This document shows positions 52,858 through 64,000 of a stretch of DNA of 64,000 nucleotides, one piece after another. Positions within the stretch are counted from its first letter, which is position 1, and each line of letters begins with the position of its first letter. The translations under genes and the position numbers were made by a program. Origin of the DNA: Phoronis australis (lineage: Eukaryota > Animalia > Phoronida); the NCBI GenBank assembly GCA_002633005.1, contig NMRA01000139.1, positions 372,001-436,000 on the forward strand. Reading direction: 5' to 3'. Under the pieces are notes generated by a model that saw only the letters and a list, made by a program, of their open reading frames with translations, was not told the origin of the DNA and did no database searches.

Positions 52858-53288
52858 CAAGGTACCTAAACTACACGGTTAATGGACTCATAAACACGGT
52901 CTGGACGCATGAACACGACTCACGGACTTGCAAACACCGTCCACTGACTCTCAAACACGGGAACGGACTCACAAAACATGATCCATTCACCCAAATACAC
53001 GGGAAACGGATTCACATTCACAAACACGGTTAACGCACCGCCAAACACGGTTTACGGACAAAATTTACATGTCAGCTGACCCAGGAAGCAGATGAGTCTG
53101 TGACCCGTGTTTGGCGGTCCATTAACCGTGTTTCCTTGTGAATATGAGTCGGTGTCCTGTGTATTTGGGTGAATGGATCGTGTTTTGTGAGTCCGTTTCC
53201 ATGTTTGTGGGTGGTGTTTGCAGGTCCGTGAGTCGTGTTCATGCGTCGGTGTTTATGAGTCCATTAACCGTGTAGTGTAGGTACCTTG
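52858..53288. mobile_element. Almost wholly palindromic (foldback) MITE with CAAGG...CCTTG termini and a 5-bp TSD GGTAA
   Basis: Arms of ~195 bp made of aaacacgg/ggactca subrepeats; ggtaa at 52853-52857 and 53289-53293. Confidence 0.85.
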
Positions 53289-56200
53289 GGTAAGTATGGC
53301 ATGAAGACATTCTGCAAGGAGGACAAACATTAGAGATAAAATTTCCAAATTTCAAGTTTTGAAAGACTTGGTCCATTGCTGCAAATGCTTAAACGCTATC
53401 AATATATCATTGGATGACAGGGTACAGATTGAAGTTAAAAATTTTGAAAATGATATTCATTGGATATTTTTGGGGTTGGCCAAACCAGAAATTGCAAATC
53501 TATGTATTGACTTGAGCTGGTAACGAAAATAGAATTCTCCCACAGTAAGGAATGTCATGAGACTGATTTTATGACAGTAAATGACCATATTCAGTTTTCA
53601 TGTTTGTCATGTTTGTACAATGTGGAGTGGAGCTTTACTTCACATAGTGACAACTGTGGTGTAGATGGTGGGGACAAGTAAATGACAACTTATTAAGAGA
53701 ATATACAGCTATGTTTGGATATAATTTCCTTTAAAATGTGCTGTTGGTCTGACCTTACTAACAGAGGCTAATGTGTGAGAGGAAAAGTTGTGATATTGGG
53801 CGTTTCTTTGTACTGTCATCTTTGACCTGCTCGTCTTATCAGACTCTTAAATTATCAAAAAAAATTATTTGTATTTAATGTTTCCTTTGAAGATAGGGAT
53901 GTATAGTAAATATCACTCGATGGGTTATTTTTTTGGTGTGCTGAAGTATCCAAAGATAAACATTTGGTCAAAATTCACAGGGGAAGGTGAGCCTACAAAG
54001 CTTGCTCTGTAATAGGCCCATCCTGAAGAAGCACAACACCACTCTTATTGCAGAATATTTACCCATGAGGCAACAGTTAGATATGTTCGGAATATGTCCT
54101 GAAAATAATAGGTGCGTCACAAGCTCCGTTTCCAGAGGTACAAAGGAGACCGAGTATAGGCGATACAAGGTCATTTATTATGACTGATAAGGTAGAGAAA
54201 TATGAGTGTACAAATAACATAAAGATAAAATAATAATCTCTGGAAATATGAGCAAGAAAAAGAGCCACGAGAGATGTTGAAGACAGCTCATGCCCATCCG
54301 CAGGGACGCACCAAAAGAAAAAGGAGGAAAAAAAGGTGTTGGGTAGATTCGCATACTTACAGAGGCTGGCAGCCGGATACCCAACCCTTTGATTTCGGAC
54401 ACTACTCAACGCAATTTATGCTATTATGTTAAGAACCATTTAATAAATTCGTCTTAGCAAAAGCCCTATCCAGATCAGGTGAACAAGTGTCCCGTTCAAT
54501 TTTCACTTTTGAGTATTGGATCAGATTTGAAAAAAAAGTAAATTCTTGAAATTAATGAAAATGAAACTAATGATCAATGTTCCAATGTTACGTTTCCAAT
54601 CTAAACTAAAAATGGAATTGTGAGAGAAGGAGAAACACTTTTATTTATATTAAGATAAATTGGAATGATTAAATAATTGCGATTTAATTTAGGAGGCCTT
54701 CTAAAGGTTTTCGACCACTAATAAGAAGGTCCCCAGTATAAAATAAATAAGTGGAAATGGAAAAATCGGTAGGAATAAGTGAATAGAAAGACACAAAATT
54801 GTGAAATATACTTAAGGAAACAAATTGAGTTAGCGCTGAAACAACTGACAGCCCAGGAACCAAGAAGTGGACTGGCACAGCTTAGGAGATTTTGGGAATA
54901 GATACTGTTACATATGAAGCAATTGGAAATATGACAGATTGGATCATAGCTGGTAATTGTAAAATTGGTTAAGAACAGTCTGATTGACCTAATTTTGACT
55001 GCCGTCACTTATCAGGTTTAATAAGCTTATAGTAGCTAATTAATTAGTGAATCGCGACAACAAGTGGGGATCCTCAAAATCTGTATTTGCAGGTGCTTCA
55101 TGGATGGCATGGATAGAACTAGGAGTAGTCACTGAAGAGAGCATGAGGGATTTTATGCTTTATTTTTATGTATAAATCGTATAGAGGTTGTACTTGTGAA
55201 GAAGAAAATAATTCTTACTTCATTGTCTCAATTTCTACTCATGTGGTTTGAAATATATGACGCAACATAAAACTTAAACTTGACTGCAATTGCAAAATTC
55301 CTAGGCCTTTTTGAAAATCCATGTTTATGCTGTGAGGAGTTTGCTAAGTCTTGGAATAAGTGGCGTTAAAGGTGCAAAATGTCATAATTTAGTTATGAAA
55401 TGACTTATCTTCCAATACCTTATACTCATTCATTGGTTTTCAAAATCAACTCAAGTGAAGCCAATCTTGTTATGGTAAATTTGAAACTCAATGCAGTGAC
55501 CAGTCAAAACATATTTTGTGGACAAGGCTGTTACAGGAAGACTGTTAGAAATTTGATGAAGTTCCTAAGCAGAGATAGTCTAGCTTTTCAAGTACAATAG
55601 ATTCAACATTTACAAAGTACGGTATACTTGATAATTCCGTGACTTATTTGAAAGTTGATCCAAGATTGCTTTATTATCATAAGGCGTGTTTAATTTCCTT
55701 TCAAAAGCTTACAGTCAGCATCATCAATTTTTGATCATTGTCTGAATATTTCACTAGCTGTCTGTGCAAACATTGAAGATATTTTCAAACAACAAATTTT
55801 CAGTAAATTTGTCTTTCGTAGACTGTGCTTTCCCAAAATGGTGCACTTCCCAAGTTAGTTAACATAATGAATTCTTTGTAGTTGATTAATCATCAAGTGC
55901 TATCCTAGAAATTATTACTGTTTTGATACGTACTATTAATTTTGCATGATGTTATGAGATTCAATCACCTGTGCCCCTTTTGGCTTCTATTGATTTTGTG
56001 TCATCAATGATAGTACAATGTCGCCTGACCGTCAAGTCTAGCAGGAAAACAGGTGATAGTTTTACTAGTCATGTGAGTGGTGAAAATAACAGTGTTTTAG
56101 CCACAAGATGTGATGACGACAAAGGGATAATTTCACCAACAGTTGATTAATTCCATCTCATCTACCGATTTCAAGCTCAGCGCAGACGGAGAGCTGTGAG

Positions 56201-59200
56201 TGCAGCCGGCTGCCGCAAATGAAAAGTTGTCTGAGCACATATGAGACACCAAGACGTCAATAATTGTATGAGTTATCCCCCTAGTTCATTCAGTGTTTGT
56301 GGTATTTTCACACCTTGAGTTGACTGAAGGGCTTAGAGCTGCCCATAGCTCTCTTTCTGCATTCAGTTCTGTCGCTTTTGAAACATAATGAAGTCATTAT
56401 TGATAGTGATGAACAAAGGTGCTCTTCTCCGCTTCAACAGCGACTGTAAAAATGCCAGGAATCGGGGTATAACTCAACTGCGCTTAAGTAAAAACTATTG
56501 CAACCGTTCGCATTAGCAGCATTTTCGGCAGGAGCGAAAGTGCTTGTGAAAACGTAGGTATCTTATATTGGTATGTGACCTAGACCATAGTTGTTACACT
56601 ACGATTTTGGCCATGGCAAGTAACTTGTCAAAGCTTTACAGTGTGGCAATTTCTCACTTGTTTATTTACTACTCCAGTACCAGTATCAAAGAATATCAAT
56701 TTTGAATTGACAGTATCAGTGTTAGTGCCATACCAATTTTCAAATACTGGTACCCAACCCTAGCTGTTCTCCACTTGAGGACCACAGTAAATATGGTGAA
56801 ATCTCGTCAATTTAGGACTGAACATGAGGTACTAGTGAAAGTTTAATTCTCCATTTTTCCATAAAAAGCAAATAGCAGAGAATATGAGCTCTACCAGTCC
56901 TAACTTGAAAACCATAGATACCATCAGACTTCACAGTAATGTTTCTAGCCTTTGAAAAGTGAAGGAGGCCAACTTTTGCAAAGTATTTTTTGTCAGAAAT
57001 TGATAGTGTAGCGTGGGATACTGGGGATGTTTTGACATGACTCACCTCACGTATCAGTATTATATCTACGTTCATGTGTATTAAGGGCCCTCGATGCCTT
57101 GAAATTTGGGCGGAATATGAGCCTTATTTCCCTCTGATAAACATGTGTTAAAAGCGGTTACACCTTACTGGACTGTAGTATCTGATTAGTTTATTGCACT
57201 GGGAAGAGGGAGTTCCCCCCATTAAAATTGCCCCTTTAGAATGCACGGGCTACTTCTTTGAGGTGAGCGAGGGCCCTGCCATTGCCCATTAACTACTACT
57301 GATGATAATTCATCTCTTTAACTTTCCACAAAAATAAATGACAAATTCATCCTATTTCTACTTTGAAGTTGTTTTCCTTTCTACTAAGTGTTAGTGCAAA
57401 TCTAGTTATTCTCTTCGATCACTCATTTGTCTTTCGTTTTTGTTGAGAAATTTGACTGCCATACTGTGTGCTACATACGATAGGTGAATTGAGGTAATAT
57501 CTCGTCCAGGATTTCAGTTGACTTTGCAGATTGAAGTAGAAAATGCCTTGTCCGATAGACACACTACTGAGCCGAGTCAGTGAATTGGAGAACGATTCAT
57601 CATGCCTAAACTGGATTTTTAAATTTTAAGGGCCTTTTCATACTGCCTTAACTCCAGTCTGAGCAGAGTGTCGATGTAAACTACGAAGTTAACTGAACTG
57701 TTCATACAAACTTCTGTAGTTAATGGACATCGAAGTAAATGGTAGGTGACGCTGTTGTCATCGAAGTAATCGCAATGTAAGCGATGCTCGCTAAGATTTT
57801 TTTTAATGTGACGATTTGGGAACATATACATGGGCTAATTGACATAAAATTATTTTTAATTTGATTGGTGATTATTCAAGCAAAATGTAAGCAACTATTA
57901 GCGACGACACTACCTTTTAATTGTTAACGATGATAGTGGCACCTGGGGATAACTTCAAAGGGACCGAAGTCGACCATTCATACTGACCGCAACTCCCCAA
58001 ACCATCGACGGTTCGATGTTGGTACGAAATGCCCTTTATATGTCTGCATTGCCACTCACTGTGCCTCAATAAAACGGAATCGACATCATAATGATATCTG
58101 ATAAACTTATCTCAATTCAAAATAGCAATTCTCTAGGTACAGCAGCGCTGTGGGTAAATATTGCAGAATCGCCATATCCTTAGTACCACTGTGACCTATA
58201 TACATGAACCGAGTATCACTTTATGCTGGTCATGTTTGCCACAACAGTGATGTTTTTATAGAGAGCTTCTTTGTTGATGTATTTATAACTTGGTTCATTG
58301 AACAGCCAGACGTTAACAGCAGTGCTTTTAAAATTGAACTTGTCCTCTTTTACACATATTATATTGATCAGAATTTGGGAATTTGATATTTAATTTTGAA
58401 CCATTCTCTTTATGATTTGCTGATTATTTGGAATTACGTGTAGCTAAATCAGTGAAGGAAATATAAGATTCCCCCCCTCCGGTTTTAGCCTGCCTCAAAT
58501 TATTGACCTAACTTGTCCTTGTCCTGTGCCAACTAAATTTAGTCTCCTATTTCCCTATACAACTTCATCAGGAAGGAAGATGCCTCTCTGGGCCTTTGGA
58601 TTAGGTTCATCCTGTCTCCTTTTTTGTCAGTGAAAGCTATTCTCTTGTTGACTCAAGATTACATTTTTGAGTTGCGTCTACATGTACAGTGTAGGTAAGG
58701 AGGCAGATGCATTGCCACTTAAGTAATCTTTGTATTTTTTATCCAGGTACACTGAATTTATTTCTGTAATTCTTTAGTGGTGGTCTCGTTTTTTTGTTTG
58801 GTGTAAGTAAAAATTTGCATCAACTTGTGATTAAATTGAGTTTCAAGTTGCTCCTGGCTTTCTTCATGTGGTGTGTTAGAAATTACTGGAAGATTCTGTT
58901 ACAGTTTCACTTTGTTGTCAGGATATTGTGAAATATGGGACAACTGGGGATGTGGCTTAATTCTCTGTGCCACTCCCTCCCAGGCTGATACTTTATACAT
59001 TCCTACATTCTTATGAGCCTGTTATGAAGACCCAAAGTTTAGGGATTGGATACTGTTTGGGTGTTGTTCTGCCTGATAGTGCAGGTCTTGTATGAGGTAC
59101 TGGATGACCAATTTTACATACCACCCAGCCAGTCACTTCATAAGTTATTTTGACAGGGTGGCAACAGTGTGCAATAGGGATGTGGTCAGATTGTTCTATT

Positions 59201-62200
59201 TGTAGCAGACATGTGCTCTGGACCAGCTTGATATTTGGTTTGTTTATTCTTCACTTATTTCACACAAAAATATTCGTCAAAATGGTCATTCTTTTAATTT
59301 TCAAAAGCTCAGTCAAGTTACAGAATATGATAACAAACTTACCAAAAAGTGAAGTTTTATGTAGCACAGACTGAAATTTGTTACATAGTATTTTATTGAT
59401 GCTCATTTTGTTCATAAATGTGACAAAATGAATTTCCATGCATCAGTAGTGCTGAATAGGTGAAGGATTACCTGGCCAGTATAGTTTCAAGAAAGCATGG
59501 CACCAGTCTTTGTTTTACAAGATGGATGGCAGGAGCAGTTGCCTTCAGTGCCTGAGTTTACACTTACAAAGTTGACAGGGATCAGCTGTCATACTGCTCT
59601 GAGCTTAGGTAACAGTTTGTTTATCCCTTATGTAATCATGGATAAGACATGGCATGAGCTGTGTAATTGAGTTGTTGTCTGAGAGGACCACACCAGATGG
59701 GGAGCTGGGTACCCAATGGAATGCATATGGGCTCAGCTGATTGCTCACCTTTGAAGATTTTCTCTCTGCGAGATGGTGAGAAGAATATCTACCTTGTCGA
59801 CTTGATTTTGCCTAATGAGCTAAATTCTCAGGCGAGGTGAATTAAGTGCTTGGCCTATTTATCTTTGGTAGCCAATGAAAATTAATTATTGCATCACCTG
59901 ACAATAACAAATCCTGCTGGCTCATTGTAACTGTATAGACTTCATTTAAGCTGTAAGGCCAACTACAAATTAACATGTCAGTTCATTAGCATTTAGCTCC
60001 TAAATTACTACTCTCTTTTTACGCCACTCTGTATTTTTCATAAAAATCCTATAAAGTTCCATTTGTGACCATTCCGCTCCACATGCAAAAGTGGAAAATT
60101 CAAAAAGCAGGTCCTAACAGTCTTTTGGCCAATAGTGAATGGTGTGCAGTATCTGTAAGTTTCATAGAAGTACGAGCCACTCGTAGCAATAGCTCCAAAT
60201 TTGTCTGAATAACTGAAGGTGACGGGAAAGGTAAGGTCTAACTTCACAGTTACCCAAACTTGGATCCTGGTGGACTGAACCATGTATGGGAATAGGACTT
60301 TGGCCTGTATGTATCATGGAGACAGGTGCCCCAGACTCCTGTCATGACCCTCATTCAAGAAACCAATAACTGCACAGGCTTCATTAGGTCTCAATCCATA
60401 TCTCTCAATAGTGGAGCCATACCTATGGGTGCCACTGTCACTGGACCATCAACTTTGACATTCATGTCCCAATGAATGCTACTTGTCATTAATAATAAAA
60501 TCCAGCAAATCAGCTATTATTATGTGCTGTGCTCATAATCACTAAAATCCTGCTTAGATTAATCAGCTTGATAGCCACACTGGGGCCAAGCAGCCTACAG
60601 TCTTGTTGGCTTTTGTGAAGGTGCAAGTCTGTTCTGGTGTCATTATGTAGACTGTCTGCTATGAGGGAGACCCATAATCAAGCAGTCAGGAGATTTTATT
60701 TTGATGAGTTGACTTTGAAGTGTGACAGATATAGCTGGAACAGAAACGAGCATTCCTGATAGCCACAGGTATAGTAAGCTTTGGTGCGAAAGGTTTGATT
60801 TTGAGATTTGGGAGTTACCATGTAACTTCATGCCCAATAGTGTGGTGTGAAAGTTTAATCCTTTTCTATCGTTAAACGTTTTATAAGCAGGAGTTGTTAG
60901 AATAATCTGAATAGTGACACCTCGCGCACTAATACTGTGCACCATGTACTGTGATTTGGTGTGAAAGCCAACCTTCATGTACGTTGGATGAAATGGTAAA
61001 ATCTAAGCTGTTTTACCGCTGCGTTTATTGTGGTGGTCAGCAGTGCAGAAAGAGATTGGAACATGAGGAGAAGGACCCCCAGCCACATGACCAGATGATA
61101 GTCATGTATAGTACGGTACCATCAGGCCTTCATGCAGCGTACGTCCTGGGCGTCCAAATGGACGCCCTAGCACTAATGTGGACACTCTGGCAAGGACCCC
61201 CAATGTATCATTTGGACGCCCTGTCAATCAGAATTTCTCCAGTTTGGACACCCACATTGTAAGATTACTAAGACTCAAAGAGAGAAGTTGGCCCTTTCAA
61301 CTCAGAAAGAAATATACATTGTATTTCAAATGTTGCAATGTTAGTTTACTGTTTTCAAAGTATTTGGTAGACCTGTCAATCATTAGCACGTGTTTGGTTG
61401 CCAGAGTGTCTTCTTTCAGTAGATTCATGTGCCACTGCAATTCTGTACTTTATATAGGGACACCGACCTTGCTCAACTCCAAACTGGTGTTTCAGAGCTG
61501 TAGTTTCATCTACTTCATCTTTTTTTGAAAACACCAAAAGCGAAATAAATGTCATTATTTTAATAATATGATGTGCCGCAAGAATATCACCATTTAAAAT
61601 GTTTGAGTTTTCGCCCGTTTCATGCTTTTGTATGTGCGTCTAAAATGGAGCAGCAGTGACACCTGTTGCCAAAATATAAACCACACATCATCTGTGCATT
61701 TTTCTTTTGTTGGTAACTGCAGCTTTGATGACTGATTGTACAGAATATAAAGCTAGTGAAGTTGATATAATAAACTTTATAACAGAATTTGACTTGAGAT
61801 GACCAAAAACAGTGCACTCATCGTTCAACCAATATCTGTAATATCTGTAATACCTGTTTGGTAAGCTTTTTGGCTGTTTTCGTANCCATTTTGTGCTAAT
61901 ATCCCCTCTTAACAATTATGGCATCCCCTCTGTCATGTCAACAAACACTCAAGATGCAGACTAGAGACAAGCTTTCATATATATATAGATAAGATTTAAA
62001 TTGAATATACTTTTTCCTTGAATGTGATGCCTATCAAGCTTAGTTCCCTGGAGTTGGCCCAAATTTGTATTAAGTGAGCTCTGTATTTTCTGTCTCAGTA
62101 CATTTGCTGTTGCATTTAGTCCACGGAATTGTTGTTTTGAAAAGTTAAAAATATGATTTTGAAATAACTATTCAGTGGTGTTCAGCTAATGATTTTCTCA

Positions 62201-62589
62201 ATAAAAGGACAAGCAGTGATTGTTTGCTTTGATTCATGTAATTACTATGGTAACATCTCTCAAGTTACAGACAAAAATAATTCCTGTATTTGTCCCTTTT
62301 TCATTTTCCGGGGTCCTTTTAATACTGCCATGAACACCCACAATGTTTCAGAAACATTGTGTTGCTACATTAATCAGATCATCAACTTGATAAAGCATTA
62401 CTTTGACATAATTTCAGTTGGCCGCCATATTGTGCTCTAAATTTGTGACATTTTACTGTAGTCTTAAAAAAATGCCAAAATTCTCACGATGTTGTGTTCT
62501 GTGTTACCACTGTCTGTTCCATTTGGTTTCATTGTATTTTTTACTTTTATAGGCACTAGTTTCATTTTCTTTGTATTTCATTTACCCAG

Positions 62590-62619
62590 AACTTGGTCGT
62601 TCAGAATTCATCTTGAAAG
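62590..62619 (+). other. Candidate 30-nt exon
   Basis: Long polypyrimidine acceptor ttttctttgtatttcatttacccag| and donor AAG|gtatgc. Confidence 0.35.
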
Positions 62620-63015
62620 GTATGCAACATGATCAGTATTCAAAGTTACACGGACAGATATACTTTGTTACAAATTTGGAAAAACGCTGGAAGAAAAAAG
62701 CCTTTTACTTCGAGTAATGTCTCCCATATCAGGTCCAAACTGACTCAGAAAGAAAAAGTTTAAAATGGCATTTAAGTGCCTTACCTCATAGAAACTTATT
62801 TGAGCATTGGACAAAGGAGACCAGTCACTGAGTCACCAGACAGCTTACAATGTTTTGTTTACCCTGGCATTGAGTTGGTACAAATTAAGTAGCTATATAA
62901 TTGGGTATGATTGCCCCTGTCTGTCTTCTCTAATGTCTGGATGCATGGCAAGGCACCCATTTAGTGTTCAATAAATGCCAGGTATATGGACTGGACTACC
63001 TATTTGCCTTTGTAG

Positions 63016-63140
63016 ACACTCCCCAAGATATCAAGCCAGGTGACTTGCTGGATCATTAGCACTGCACACTGGTCATCAGGCTTCCGCATGCTTCTTGTTC
63101 CTGAAAATCCTGGGATTGGAGAACGAAATCGTGACTATTG
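63016..63140 (+). other. Candidate exon, possibly containing a start codon (ATG at 63088: MLLVPENPGIGERNRDY...)
   Basis: Acceptor tttgcctttgtag| and donor TTG|gtaagc; one frame is open throughout; no recognisable homology. Confidence 0.35.
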
Positions 63141-64000
63141 GTAAGCTCGGCTTTTTAATCGCTTTTACTCTTATGATGATTTGCAGTGTGACGCACACTT
63201 TTCCGAGGTAGTCAAGTACATCTTGTGTCCCATCTTCCTGTTCCTGTCAACACTGTCAGTTAGGTACCATTTAAATGCAATTTTGGAATCTTGTACATAT
63301 TGAAGCTGAACAAATCCACTAACTATTTGCGTAGCAAATTAAGTATATCTATGAGTAATATGTCCAGCCGGTGTGTCTAGTTGGTGATCAGTCATCATAC
63401 TTAAGTTTATGTGTCATCAAGTGCTCAACACCATTGAACCTGCTTGCAGCAATCCCTGTTTAGAATGTTCACAGCAATATACCATGTACACACTTGCAAG
63501 TCGTAATTTTACCTAATGCATTCAGTCTACCCTGGTTGCAATGAACCAGCGAATGTTACAATGTACACATTTCGAAGGTCCCTTGGTGCTCATTGTAATG
63601 AAGTTCAACTGTGGCAATTTTTTCTTCATGAGAACTGTTTTAGCTATTGTCAGGTGTAAAAATGTTGGGAGTAGGGCATTAATCCATGAAAATAATATGG
63701 ATTAATGAGCAAGCCTTGTTAGTTATTGAGAGAAATACCATTAAGAACCCAATGCTTTTACAGGGGCATTAAGCATTTTGTTCAGGGAGTATGATGTTTT
63801 ACTGGACCAGCTACAAAAGATAAGTGGTTACAGTGGTTGCCGTGACTTGATCTACATGTTTCAAGTGGGTGCTTAGAGGTTTAGTGGGTAAAGCACCTGC
63901 GGCCAAGATGGTCATCCAGGCATGTTTTTGGAAGTGCGATGGTGCATTTTTACACAAGAGCAAAATGTTGCAGCTGAAGTAAACTTGATCATTTGTTGGA

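Noticed and set aside
63865-63910. tRNA/SINE-head-like sequence
   Set aside because: Only a weak A-box resemblance; no B-box or cloverleaf.

Overview
This is eukaryotic, AT-rich genomic DNA, most likely from an invertebrate animal: it has spliceosomal introns, many MITEs and a mosaic CpG pattern. There are no prokaryotic operons, CRISPR arrays, rRNAs or convincing tRNAs. Four single-N gaps (20909, 21495, 31882, 61885) indicate a draft scaffold. The left ~16.6 kb is CpG-rich. It holds a minus-strand gene whose three coding exons (10305-11370, 6975-7305, 3365-3794) join in phase into a ~608-aa disordered protein with RxxSA(P/I)P motifs, downstream of an X-box-like promoter. It also holds probable 5' exons of another minus-strand gene at the left edge and a decayed LINE 3' end. 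The remaining ~47 kb is mostly CpG-depleted and has no credible long ORF. It looks like intronic/5' sequence of a large plus-strand transcription unit with several CpG-rich promoter-like patches. It contains non-autonomous DNA transposons (nested Kolobok-like and Tc1/mariner-like, Mutator-like, a hAT-like one with a 6-bp TSD, foldbacks), a 41-bp minisatellite, and a probable haplotype false duplication exposing a ~2.9-kb deletion polymorphism. I could not support a new multi-gene system. Most short ORFs in the track look spurious. All alignments and counts were done by eye.
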